Positions 1-8,655 of a DNA stretch of 64,000 nucleotides are shown here, one piece after another. Below the pieces are notes generated by a model that searched no databases, was not told the origin of the DNA, and saw only the letters and a program-made list of their open reading frames with translations. Position numbers and translations under genes: made by a program. The DNA comes from an uncultured Terracidiphilus sp. (GTDB taxonomy: Bacteria; Acidobacteriota; Terriglobia; Terriglobales; Acidobacteriaceae): the NCBI GenBank assembly GCA_964460385.1, contig CAYWSR010000001.1:381-64380 (forward strand), given 5' to 3'. How positions within the stretch are numbered: the stretch's first letter is position 1; each line of letters starts with the position of its first letter.

Positions 1-457
1 CACTTTCGAGAAGACGCTTTACCAGCCGCCACCGCAGCGCTTCGAAGCAGGCACCGGCAACATCGCTGACGCCGTGGGACTGGGCGCAGCCATTGACTAC
101 CTCGATCGCGTCGGCATTGCCAACGTCTCTCGTCACGAGCACGATCTCCTCGCCTACGCAACGGCAGCCCTCCAGCAGATTCCCGGACTCACCATCATCG
201 GAACCGCAAAGGAGAAGGCCAGCGTCCTGTCGTTCATCATGGACGGCTTTCGCACCGAAGAGATAGGCGACTACCTCAATCGCAAGGGCATTGCCGTGCG
301 CGGCGGTCACCACTGCGCGCAGCCCATCCTGCGCCGCTTCGGACTTGAGAGCACCGTGCGCGCAACCTTCGCACTCTACAATACCTGCGAAGAAGTTGAC
401 CGGCTCATTGCAGCGCTCTGGGACCTTCGCAGCGGCCGCCATCCGGGGCTTGCATAA
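1..457 (+). CDS. SufS-type (group II) cysteine desulfurase, C-terminal part (5' truncated by window)
   Basis: Frame is open from the window start: TFEKTLYQPPPQRFEAGTGNIA...AVRGGHHCAQP (catalytic Cys motif RxGHHCA). Confidence 0.9.
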   Translation, partial: TFEKTLYQPPPQRFEAGTGNIADAVGLGAAIDYLDRVGIANVSRHEHDLLAYATAALQQIPGLTIIGTAKEKASVLSFIMDGFRTEEIGDYLNRKGIAVRGGHHCAQPILRRFGLESTVRATFALYNTCEEVDRLIAALWDLRSGRHPGLA

Positions 458-461
458 CCCT

Positions 462-1028
462 ATGGGCAACTGGCTGTCCACTACATGGCCCTGGTACATC
501 GCCGGCCCAATCATCGGTCTCTTTGTTCCGGCGTTGCTGCTCGTCGGCAACAAAGTCTTTGGCATCTCCGGCAATCTCAGCCACATGTGCTCGGCACTCT
601 TGCCGCGCAAGCCTGAGTACCTTCGCTACAACTGGAAAGATGTCGGCCTCTGGAACCTTGTCTTCCTCGCAGGCGTTCTAGTCGGCGGCTTCCTCGCCGC
701 CCACATCGGCCAGCCTCCCGATGTTGCAATCTCGCCCGCCACCCAAGCTGCTCTCACGCGTCTGGGCCTTCATAACTTCTCTGGCGTCGCGCCCCACGAA
801 ATCTTTAGTTGGCACGCAATCCTCACGCGCCAGGGATTCATCTCCATCGTCATCGGTGGTTTTCTCGTCGGTTTCGGCACCGCCTACGCGGGTGGATGCA
901 CCTCGGGTCATGCCATCTCCGGCCTCGCCAACTTTCAACTTCCCTCGCTCATCGCTGTGATTGGTTTCTTTGCCGGCGGCCTCACCGCAACCTGGTTCAT
1001 CCTGCCGTTCGTGATCGGAGCTCTATGA
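462..1028 (+). CDS. YeeE/YedE family sulfur-compound (thiosulfate) transporter
   Basis: ATG at 462; hydrophobic, WPWYIAGP and GFGTAYAGGCTSGHAISG motifs. Confidence 0.85.
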   Translation: MGNWLSTTWPWYIAGPIIGLFVPALLLVGNKVFGISGNLSHMCSALLPRKPEYLRYNWKDVGLWNLVFLAGVLVGGFLAAHIGQPPDVAISPATQAALTRLGLHNFSGVAPHEIFSWHAILTRQGFISIVIGGFLVGFGTAYAGGCTSGHAISGLANFQLPSLIAVIGFFAGGLTATWFILPFVIGAL

Positions 1029-1513
1029 CAGATCGCGCGCTTCCCGATCTCCCCGGTTGTGGCGTCAGTACTCCTCCCGCGCGCCCTCCCCGTCCCGCAT
1101 TCCTCGCGGTTTATTTGCTCCTCGGCATCGCCTTTGGCATCGTCCTCACGCGCTCTGAGGTACTCTCCTGGTTCCGCATTCAGGAGATGTTCCGCTTCCA
1201 GTCCTTCCGCATGTACGGCATCATCGGCTCCGCCATCGCCACCGCAGCTGCTTCCATCGCCCTCATCAAGGCCGTAGGCGCAAAGTCCGTCGCCGGCGAT
1301 CCCATTCAGATCCCCCCCAAACCTCTGGGCCGCGGAATCTCCTACGCCGCCGGTGGCACCATCTTCGGACTAGGCTGGGCACTCACCGGCGCCTGCCCCG
1401 GACCGCTCTTCGCCCTCATCGGGAACGGGGTTTCCGTGATGATAGTTGCCGTCTTAAGCGCCCTCGTTGGCACCGCAACCTACAGTTGGCTACGGCCCCG
1501 GCTCCCGCACTGA
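1025..1513 (+). CDS. YeeE/YedE-like membrane protein (partner subunit)
   Basis: ATGA overlap with previous gene; SWFRIQEMFRFQSF and FGLGWALTGACPGP motifs. Confidence 0.85.
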   Translation: MTDRALPDLPGCGVSTPPARPPRPAFLAVYLLLGIAFGIVLTRSEVLSWFRIQEMFRFQSFRMYGIIGSAIATAAASIALIKAVGAKSVAGDPIQIPPKPLGRGISYAAGGTIFGLGWALTGACPGPLFALIGNGVSVMIVAVLSALVGTATYSWLRPRLPH

Positions 1514-1870
1514 TTCAGCTGCTTGCTCCGCCCCGGACATTTCCGTCCGAGTTCCTCGGATGTAGGACATCCGAGTCTTTGAATCTCACGATTCTTTCTG
1601 GAACCAGCAAGCTGCTGATATTGAGATCTCGCAGCGTGTGCCGAAAATCGATTCGAGTTCATTGGCATCGGGTTGCAGGCGGGAGGAATGCAGAAACGCT
1701 TCGCGACCTGACAAGTCGGCAAGCGCGGTGCGGGCAACAGTCTGAGCCTGTTGCCGGAATTCTGGAATCGCGGTTGATTCCCATAGCGTGGACTTGCGCA
1801 GGGTGCGAATTCGAAGCGCCCTTAGTTGAATTCCGCGAGGTTCTGCGATACGCATGGCGAATGATCGACT

Positions 1871-1884
1871 GCAAGTTATTGATT
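1871..1884 (-). promoter_or_regulatory. IHF-consensus site next to 3' end of tRNA-like element (att-arm-like)
   Basis: Minus strand AATCAATAACTTG matches WATCAANNNNTTR. Confidence 0.45.
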
Positions 1885-1887
1885 TTA

Positions 1888-1962
1888 TGGTGGACGCGGT
1901 AGGAATCGAACCTACAACCCTTCGGTTAACAGCTGAATGCTCTCTTCTCAGAAGCCGCGTCA
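1888..1962 (-). pseudogene. Degenerate/chimeric tRNA-Asn(GTT)-like element
   Basis: Minus strand TGACGCG-GCTT..GAGC-A-TTCAG CTGTTAA CCGAA-GGGTT-GTAGG TTCGATT CCTAC-CGCGTCC-A-CCA; T arm and CCA intact, D-arm and positions 8-9 abnormal, one anticodon-stem mismatch. Confidence 0.7.
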
Positions 1963-2017
1963 ACAATTTGCACAGTGTATTTCTACCCATTCTACCTCCT
2001 CTCTTTCCTGCAGATTC

Positions 2018-2368
2018 CTAATTTAAAAATCGCTCCAGTCCATCCGTCCCAAGTTCTTCGATCAGAAGTTGGGACTCGCTGTAGGTGAGTTTCAAAGGAA
2101 CAACCACTATTCCATAGTCACGAGATAGATGGCCCTCCTCCGATGATTCCCATTCCCCAATAGGCTTCTTGATTTGATCTAAGCTCTTATGAAAATCGTC
2201 CAATTCGAGCTTCAAGCAATCCGAGCAAAGCAGCGTGGCAGTACATTCCGGAACCAGGCTTCTTGCATTGTTCGGCGCTAATTGAAGCGAAATTAGCCGG
2301 AATGAAGGATCTTTCGAGTCGCATCCGCAGCAGGTTTGAGCATCATCTTTCGTGAACATGGTTGCCAT
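2018..2368 (-). CDS. Hypothetical Cys-containing island protein
   Basis: GGAGGA RBS before ATG at 2368; CCGC and CSDC pairs; visibly lower GC. Confidence 0.5.
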   Translation of the reverse strand: MATMFTKDDAQTCCGCDSKDPSFRLISLQLAPNNARSLVPECTATLLCSDCLKLELDDFHKSLDQIKKPIGEWESSEEGHLSRDYGIVVVPLKLTYSESQLLIEELGTDGLERFLN

Positions 2369-2833
2369 ATTTCCTCCGATGGACAAATCCACTGCAGTGC
2401 AGCGGTGTACAACCTTCTGCATCTTGCAATGGAACCTAATCTCGGTCAAATTTGCAGAATTAAAGTTGCTCTGATATTAGAAAGGAGCCTCCACTGAGTA
2501 CAGAACCGGGAAAGCGTTTCTCCGCTTTCATGGATGGCTTCTACAGAGAAAGCCGTCTTCAATTTGACCGAGATTCGGAGCTGAGCTAAACCTTTAGCAA
2601 GAATTGGAGGACTGGCTCCAAGGCTTCGAACCGGAGGGAAGCGAATCGCAATCACTGCGGTGATTTGTGCTAAATGTGGAGATTAAGTACCGACATCATT
2701 GGAGATCACGCCGCCGCTCCATGACAAGGAGTGCCAACCTTGAAGCTCATTTCAATGAAATTCCTGTGATTCGATGGCTTCGCTTTGTTACATGACACTG
2801 TGCGAGCTAGCCCAACAACCAAAGAGGTGAATC

Positions 2834-3178
2834 ATGCCGAGTGCTACTATCAGAAACGCAGCAATCCCCAACCCGTCTGTCATGAAGAATCATGATCATT
2901 CGTTTCCATCTTCCTCGCCCCAAGCCATCACGAGAGGGATCTATCCCCAGAAGACCGTGGGAACTGATCAAAATGGAACCGCAAGCAATATTGATGAGGT
3001 GACGTTCTTGCGCCTGCCTGGAGTCAAGGAGATTACTGGTCTTTCAAAGTCGAGCCTCTACACGCTGATTCAAGAAAAGAGTTTTCCCGCGCCTGTTCGG
3101 CTTGGAGCACGCACAGTCGCGTGGGTAAGATCCGAGGTCAGGCAATGGGCTTTAGAGCGTATACGTGCATCACGGTAG
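2834..3178 (+). CDS. AlpA family phage regulator / excisionase
   Basis: FLRLPGVKEITGLSKSSLYTLIQEKSFPAPVRLGARTVAWVRSEVRQW is a typical AlpA HTH; GAGGT RBS. Confidence 0.9.
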   Translation: MPSATIRNAAIPNPSVMKNHDHSFPSSSPQAITRGIYPQKTVGTDQNGTASNIDEVTFLRLPGVKEITGLSKSSLYTLIQEKSFPAPVRLGARTVAWVRSEVRQWALERIRASR

Positions 3179-3203
3179 GCCGCACAGCAGCAAGGCAATT
3201 CGT

Positions 3204-4427
3204 CTACGCACGCCGCTCCATCTCGACGACTTCACCGTCCGCATCTGACTTCAAGCGGTCCAGGTAATCGCTCCAACGCTGCATCATCCGCTTACGTTCT
3301 GCTAAGAACGCAGTGCGGTTGTAAGCGCGCCCATTCGGATCTTTGACTTCGTGTGCAATCTGGTGTTCGAGCAGGTCAACTCGGAATTTCAATACTTCAT
3401 CCCCGATGGTTCTAAACGACGCGCGAAAACCATGTCCAGTCATTACATCCGCGGGAATCCCCATGATGCGAAGCGCGGCAAGGACGGCATTATCTGACAT
3501 TGGCCGTTTGGCGCTGCGCGCACCGGGAAATACATACAGACCTGCTCCGGTGAGTTGGTGCAGTTCGCGGAGAATCGCAAGAGCTTGCCGTGAAAGCGGA
3601 ACGATGTGATCCGGGTGCGTTTTGCTTGCAACAAAACGCCACTCTGCGTTGTGCAAATTGAAGTCTGTCCATTTCGCCTTCCTTAACTCACCAGGACGCA
3701 CCGCAAAAAGAGGAGCAAGACGCAACGCACAACAAACCGTAAAACTCCCTTTGTAGCCATCCATCGTGCGGAGCAACTCGCCAAACTTCTGCGGGTCCGT
3801 AACCGCAGGAAAGTGGGCCGTCTTTTTCTTCGGCGCGAGAGCCTTGCTTAGACCGGCAGCCGGATTCCGCTCGCACTTTCCGGCAGCAATAGCGAACGCG
3901 AAAATCTGTTCACAATCCTGCCGCGCACGCCGAACAGTCTCGCGCACTCCTCGCGCTTCGATACGCCGAAGGACACCCAACAGTTCGGGCGTTTCAATAG
4001 CCGTGATCGGGCGCCCGCTGAGGAACGGAAAAATATCGCGCTCTAAACGGCTCAAGATTCGCGCAGCGTGTTCTGGAACCCAAATCTCGGATTGCTTTGC
4101 GTACCATTCTCGTCCGATTTTTTCGAAGGTATCCTCCGAACGCTCAGCGCGGACCAGTTTGTCCACTTTACGCTGCTGGGATGGGTCAATCCCATCGCTC
4201 AGGAGCTTTCGAGCCTCATCGCAGCGCGCTCTGGCTTCTTTCAAATTCGTCTCCGGGTAGACGCCGAGAGATAGCCGCTTCTCCTTCCCCGAATAGCGAT
4301 ACTTCAGACGCCACCATCTTCTGCCTGTTTCAGAAATTTCGATGTAGAGGCCGCGCGCGTCGAAGAGCCGGACAATCTTCCCCGGCTGGGGCTTGACATT
4401 CTTAATTTGCAGTTCCGTAAGGGGCAT
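3204..4427 (-). CDS. P4-like tyrosine integrase with N-terminal arm-binding domain
   Basis: MPLTELQIKN..LFDARGLYIE..KEKRLSLGVYP; catalytic RPGE, HGFR, AH, AYNR; lies just downstream of tRNA 3' end. Confidence 0.95.
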   Translation of the reverse strand: MPLTELQIKNVKPQPGKIVRLFDARGLYIEISETGRRWWRLKYRYSGKEKRLSLGVYPETNLKEARARCDEARKLLSDGIDPSQQRKVDKLVRAERSEDTFEKIGREWYAKQSEIWVPEHAARILSRLERDIFPFLSGRPITAIETPELLGVLRRIEARGVRETVRRARQDCEQIFAFAIAAGKCERNPAAGLSKALAPKKKTAHFPAVTDPQKFGELLRTMDGYKGSFTVCCALRLAPLFAVRPGELRKAKWTDFNLHNAEWRFVASKTHPDHIVPLSRQALAILRELHQLTGAGLYVFPGARSAKRPMSDNAVLAALRIMGIPADVMTGHGFRASFRTIGDEVLKFRVDLLEHQIAHEVKDPNGRAYNRTAFLAERKRMMQRWSDYLDRLKSDADGEVVEMERRA

Positions 4428-4447
4428 TTTGGACCTCCGCGATGAGC

Positions 4448-4509
4448 TGGGGGCAACTCTTCGGTAGTTGCTCCGTAGTTGCCCCCAATGTTGCCCCCAG
4501 ATGCCCCCG
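4448..4509. repeat. Putative integrase arm-binding repeats
   Basis: GTTGCCCCCA at 4478 and 4490, GATGCCCCCG at 4500, inverted copy TGGGGGCAAC at 4448. Confidence 0.6.
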
Positions 4510-4610
4510 GCTGTCAATAAACGCACTCGGACCTTGTCGGAACAAGTACGTTGAAAATAAATGACTTAATATTTTTCCTGGACTGTATTGGACTTCTTCG
4601 GAAGGTGTTT

Positions 4611-4685
4611 TGGTAGCGCTAACGGGAATCGAACCCGTGTTTTAAGATTGAGAATCTCACGTCCTAACCCCTAGACGATAGCGCC
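4611..4685 (-). tRNA. tRNA-Glu(CTC)
   Basis: GGCGCTATCGTCTAGGGGTTAGGACGTGAGATTCTCAATCTTAAAACACGGGTTCGATTCCCGTTAGCGCTACCA; cloverleaf, anticodon CTC, encoded CCA. Confidence 0.97.
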
Positions 4686-4787
4686 AAATGCGGGGGCTGG
4701 CCTCGGGAAGGCCGCCTATCTACTTTAACAAACCTCGCCTATTCGGCAAAGAGCATCGACGCAAGAGCGCGGCGCCAGACGTTGTGT

Positions 4788-4940
4788 TCAAGCCTTGTCG
4801 CGTTTGCTCCAATCAGCCCCAAGTGCCGCACCGAACAAAAGTCCGACAGCCGCCCCAATCGCGACGTTGTGCATTGCAGCGCCGATGCCGGCGCCAAATA
4901 CTAAGCCGAGAGCTACTGCGGTACCCATGTCCCGTTTCAT
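4788..4940 (-). CDS. Small glycine-zipper-like membrane protein
   Basis: MKRDMGTAVALGLVFGAGIGAAMHNVAIGAAVGLLFGAALG; GGAGG RBS. Confidence 0.6.
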   Translation of the reverse strand: MKRDMGTAVALGLVFGAGIGAAMHNVAIGAAVGLLFGAALGADWSKRDKA

Positions 4941-5002
4941 GATGCCTCCAGTTGTTCGGCCGCTTGCACCCACGAAGCGGGCCTCACACACAACAGAATA
5001 GC

Positions 5003-5278
5003 CTAAATGCCCAACTTCTTGACCTCGTCGTTGTAGTACTTGCGATAGAGGATCTCCCACTCCTGCGAGCCTTCCAGGATGATCTTCTTCTGGCTGGCGA
5101 TCTTGAGGCGGGCGGCGGTATCTATGCCGGCTTCCTGGGTGAGGAGAGTTTCAAGCGCCTTGCGGGCTTCCTGGCGGATGGTGTTGCGATCTTCGAGGAA
5201 GCCGACTTCGTCGATCTCGGCGAGGGTGTCGGCCACGGTGTGGGCCAGCTTGTTGAGCTTGTCGCGACTCACCCTCAT
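5003..5278 (-). CDS. DUF507 family protein
   Basis: MRVSRDKLNKLAH...EGSQEWEILYRKYY; coupled to upstream paralogue. Confidence 0.8.
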   Translation of the reverse strand: MRVSRDKLNKLAHTVADTLAEIDEVGFLEDRNTIRQEARKALETLLTQEAGIDTAARLKIASQKKIILEGSQEWEILYRKYYNDEVKKLGI

Positions 5279-5553
5279 AGCACCGCCTTGTACTTTCGCG
5301 CCAGCTCGCCCTTGACCTTCTTGAACATCTCGGCGTACTGGGCGCCGCTCTTGCGCATTTCTTCAGAGTAGGCATCGAGAATCATGCGAACTTCTTCATT
5401 GATGCGATCTTCGAGGGAGAGCTCTTCGACAAGACCGGCAGCGACGCGGCCTTCCACCGCCTTCAAGTCGCTGGTGGTGATCATCTTGGCGTCGATCAGG
5501 TGTTTGACCGTGCGGCGGGCGAGATACCCGATATAGTCGCGTGAAAAGATCAT
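5275..5553 (-). CDS. DUF507 family protein
   Basis: MIFSRDYIGYLARR...EMFKKVKGELARKYKAVL. Confidence 0.8.
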   Translation of the reverse strand: MIFSRDYIGYLARRTVKHLIDAKMITTSDLKAVEGRVAAGLVEELSLEDRINEEVRMILDAYSEEMRKSGAQYAEMFKKVKGELARKYKAVL

Positions 5554-5644
5554 GAGCTAAACGTCAGGATACCGCATGGAGCGGGGGCCTGTACATCGGG
5601 CCGCGGTTGCAAGACGGACCGAGGCGAGCACCGATAGGGTGGTC

Positions 5645-5722
5645 TCCCGCCCATTCGCCAGAAATTCCGAACTGCAGGTCCTTCGACTCCGCTGTGCTCC
5701 GCTCAGGAGGGTGGGGCACCGG
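5645..5722 (-). repeat. REP-like element with a nested second palindromic unit
   Basis: Minus strand GGTGCCCCACCC...GCGAATGGGCGGGA ends match the copies at 43468, 48201 and 63548; interior TCCTGAGCGGAGC..GAGTCGAAGGACCTGC. Confidence 0.65.
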
Positions 5723-5728
5723 GCCGGG

Positions 5729-6091
5729 TCAAGGCAGCGGTTTGGGCCGATGCGGGCACGTCTTGGTGTTGAGGCACTCGTCGGCGAGGCGCAGGCGCTC
5801 GACGGGGCGGCCGGCGATGAGGTGCTCGTTGACGATTTCGGCGGCGTCTTCCAGGCGGACGTGGCCATACCAGACGGTCTCGGGGTAGACCACGACGGTG
5901 GGGCCGTGCTCGCACTGATCGAGGCAGCCGGACTTGTTGATGCGGACGCGCGGGGCGAGGCCGGCGGCCTTGGCAAGCTGCTGGATGGCCGTGTGGAGCT
6001 CGGCCTTGCCGTTGGCGTTGCACGAGGGGCGCGGGGCATCCTCGGGGCGGGTATTGGTGCAGACAAAGACGTGGCGTTCAAACGTGGGCAA
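5729..6091 (-). CDS. Thioredoxin-like [2Fe-2S] ferredoxin
   Basis: HVFVCTN..C..RINKSGCLDQCEHGPTVVVYPETVWYGHV. Confidence 0.9.
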   Translation of the reverse strand: MPTFERHVFVCTNTRPEDAPRPSCNANGKAELHTAIQQLAKAAGLAPRVRINKSGCLDQCEHGPTVVVYPETVWYGHVRLEDAAEIVNEHLIAGRPVERLRLADECLNTKTCPHRPKPLP

Positions 6092-6318
6092 GCGAGGCTC
6101 CTCGGAGTGGGGATGAACTCAGCATAACTGGAATGGGCGTTGTGTCGAGCAACCCGTGGTGGTGCGGTTTTCGGATTACCGGTGATCCGTCCACAACAGG
6201 CGAGATGTGACATTCAGCACGGTACGCATACAAAGAATGCGATAAAAGGACGCTGGCAGGCTTCGCCAGCTCCGACGGTAAATGTGGGAAGAACTCCTGC
6301 GCGTCGGGAGGGTCGCAG

Positions 6319-7148
6319 ATGCGAAGAATTATCGCTTCGGACAGTTTTGCGCTCTATCTTGTTTGCATCTGTCCGCTGATGTGGCCGACACAGAGCCACG
6401 CGCAATCTCAGGTGGTCAAGCCTGCGCCGCAGAACGCGGCGAACGCGTTGCCCTCCTTCGAAGTTGCATCCATCAGGCCGAATCGCTCAGGCGACACCGG
6501 GTATTCAATGTCGGCGCCACTCGGAAGGTTTGAGGCAAGAAACATCTCGGTAGAGGAGTTGGTGGAAAGGGCATATTATCTGCCGGCGGATCGGATTTCG
6601 GGAGGTCCCGGTTGGTTCGACTCGACGCGCTATGACATCGAGGCCAAGATGTCGGACTCTCAGATCCAGGAAATGGAGAAATTCGATAAGAGTCAGCAGG
6701 AAAACCAACTCCATCTCATGCTGCAATCGCTGCTCGCCGATCGTTTCAAGCTGAGCGTGAGCCACCGCAGCAAGGAAATGAACTCATACGCGCTGGTTGT
6801 GGCAAAGGGTGGCTCCAAGTTGCGCCCTGCAGGCACGCCTGAGCCCACCGAACCAAGCAGTCCCCTTAACCCTGGCGGTTTCCGATGATCTGGTTCTCGC
6901 ATTCGAACTGCTCTCCAGGCGCGTTGGCCGGGTTTCTCCAAGACGCCCTCCACCGCCCGGTGGTAGACCAGACAGGTCTCACGGGAAGTTACGATATTAC
7001 GTTTGCAGTGCCCATCGATCTCGAACAGGATAGGGAGTCTCAGGTTCGTTCGGCGCTTCAGGATCAACTCTGACTGAAAGTTGCGGCGCAGAAAGCGACT
7101 GTGGATACCATCTTCGTCGAGCACGTCGAAGCCCCTTCTCCAAACTGA
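6319..7148 (+). pseudogene. TIGR03435 (DUF3738) family pseudogene
   Basis: PSFEVASIRP...LLADRFKL; frameshift near 6885 into RPVVDQTGLTGSYD; in-frame TGA at 7071 in place of Gly of QLGLK; continues ..VEHVEAPSPN*. Confidence 0.85.
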
Positions 7149-7274
7149 GCAGTCACGGCCTCGGGGAGATTCGAGCAGCCGAAAACCCATAGCGAGCGCT
7201 CACGACTGATCTCCTCCTTCGGCGCGGAAGTCATGAGGAAGTCGCCGGGGACGTTGAAGGGGGCGACCAATTGA

Positions 7275-7664
7275 CTACCAGATCATCGGAATCATGCCTG
7301 ACTTCTTGATCATTTTGTCGTGGGTGACGAGTTGGATCCCTTCAATCAGCGCAGTGGCTCCAATCAATCGGTCTTGAGGATCTTTCGGATACGAATCGGG
7401 GAAGCTGACCGCGCGCGCCGCTATCTCTGGCGTAATGGGGAGCACGGTCATTTTGGAAGCGCACTGGCGGACGAAGGATTCGACGCTCAGCTTGGTTTCT
7501 ACTCGCCCATTTTCCGCAAGCCAGGCCAACTCCAGTAAGGTGATTGCGGCAATCGCAAGTCCACCTTGAATCCGTGCGGCGCGAATGGCTTCCTTCGCGC
7601 GTTTCGACAGTTTGTCCGGTTCAAGAGCAAGCCAGATGACGACATGCGTGTCGAGAAGGATCAC
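7275..7664 (-). CDS. vapC: VapC/PIN-domain toxin
   Basis: ILLDTHVVIW...ITLLEL...DPQDRLIGATA...LVTHD; GTGA overlap with antitoxin. Confidence 0.9.
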   Translation of the reverse strand: MILLDTHVVIWLALEPDKLSKRAKEAIRAARIQGGLAIAAITLLELAWLAENGRVETKLSVESFVRQCASKMTVLPITPEIAARAVSFPDSYPKDPQDRLIGATALIEGIQLVTHDKMIKKSGMIPMIW

Positions 7665-7891
7665 TCGGGCAGGTTCCAATCCGAAACTGGAATAGTGTTC
7701 TCGATGTCTCCAACAATGCGGCCCTTCCCTGCCATGAATCCGAAGATTTCGTCTTCACCGGACTCGGCCGGGACGATTTGGACGACCGGCTTCCCGTGCT
7801 TGGTGACGACAACGCTCCGACCGCTGTCGGCCACCTGCTCCATCACCGCGAGGCACTGCGCTTTGAATTGTGCGGCCGGAATCTTCTGCAT
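7661..7891 (-). CDS. Phd/YefM family antitoxin
   Basis: MQKIPAAQFKAQCLAVMEQV...VVVTKHGKPV. Confidence 0.9.
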   Translation of the reverse strand: MQKIPAAQFKAQCLAVMEQVADSGRSVVVTKHGKPVVQIVPAESGEDEIFGFMAGKGRIVGDIENTIPVSDWNLPE

Positions 7892-7909
7892 GAGGCGCTC
7901 CTGATCTTG

Positions 7910-7929
7910 TGACCATAATATTATGACCA
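7910..7929. promoter_or_regulatory. Putative TA autoregulatory operator
   Basis: TGACCA-TAATATTA-TGACCA: direct repeat around a palindromic core, about 20 nt upstream of the antitoxin start. Confidence 0.5.
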
Positions 7930-8082
7930 CTTTGAAAAAAGCAAGCTCGGAACGGTGCGACCATGGTCTACCGGGCCCCTCAACGGTTCGGAAGTATCCC
8001 GGCCAAAATCGAAGGGCCGGCGGGTGAGAAGTTTCCACAGAGGATAGTTGGCAGGGGGGTGTATCTGCGAAAATGGAAACAG

Positions 8083-8565
8083 ATGACGAGCACGGACAAT
8101 CTGCTTCCGCTGAAAGACGACATGGTGGCATTTATTGCGGGCCACGGACTGCAACGCCTGCCTGGGTACGTAACCGAGGACATTCCCTCGATTGTGTGGG
8201 AGGGGGGCGAGAACCCCGACTCGTGGAAGGACTTTGTGGAGATGGCTAAGGCGGTTGGCTCTCCGTTTGTGACCTTCAGCGAGGTGGCGCTGGAGCGCGA
8301 GGAGCTGGACGCTCTGATTGAAGAGGCGGGAGAGATGAACTTTCCCGACGAAGAGGCGACCGAGCTGGTGGAGGCGCAGTGGCTGCGCAAGTACGCGGGA
8401 AACCTGGGGTATATCCAGTTGGGGTTCGTGTACCAGGGACTGGTGTTTCTGCACGAGACAACGACGGAGTGGTATGAGCGGTTCCAGTCGCTGCTCGAGG
8501 ATATTGAGGGCTTCCAGGATATTGTGATCGACGATCACGGCCACGAACATGACGAAGACGAGTAA
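8083..8565 (+). CDS. Hypothetical acidic protein
   Basis: MTSTDNLLPLKDDMVAFI..; typical codon usage, acidic C-terminus. Confidence 0.75.
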   Translation: MTSTDNLLPLKDDMVAFIAGHGLQRLPGYVTEDIPSIVWEGGENPDSWKDFVEMAKAVGSPFVTFSEVALEREELDALIEEAGEMNFPDEEATELVEAQWLRKYAGNLGYIQLGFVYQGLVFLHETTTEWYERFQSLLEDIEGFQDIVIDDHGHEHDEDE

Positions 8566-8655
8566 GGCGCACGGTCGGGACTATTCCGCGCGAGACGGGG
8601 CCGCGCAGGGCGATGCGGTGTTGGTCCGGCTGCGTAAAGCGAGGGGCTGACGAGC

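Larger units (their letters stand above)
1888..4610. mobile_element. Small integrase-AlpA genomic island at tRNA-Glu; left boundary uncertain
   Basis: Integrase, alpA and a low-GC ORF adjacent to the tRNA-Glu 3' end; arm-type repeats at 4448-4509; no exact att duplicate found in window. Confidence 0.7.

Noticed and set aside
1540-1790. Cluster of short hairpins (CTCGGATGT/ACATCCGAG; GGCAACAG/CTGTTGCC) as an ncRNA
   Set aside because: No recognisable family; isolated 8-9 bp stems are insufficient without covariation data.
1888-1912. tRNA-like element as the attR duplicate of tRNA-Glu
   Set aside because: It shares only TGGT and GGAATCGAACC, which are generic tRNA features; acceptor and anticodon arms differ.
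7071-7073. In-frame TGA as selenocysteine or readthrough
   Set aside because: It replaces a conserved Gly rather than Cys, and the gene also has a frameshift.
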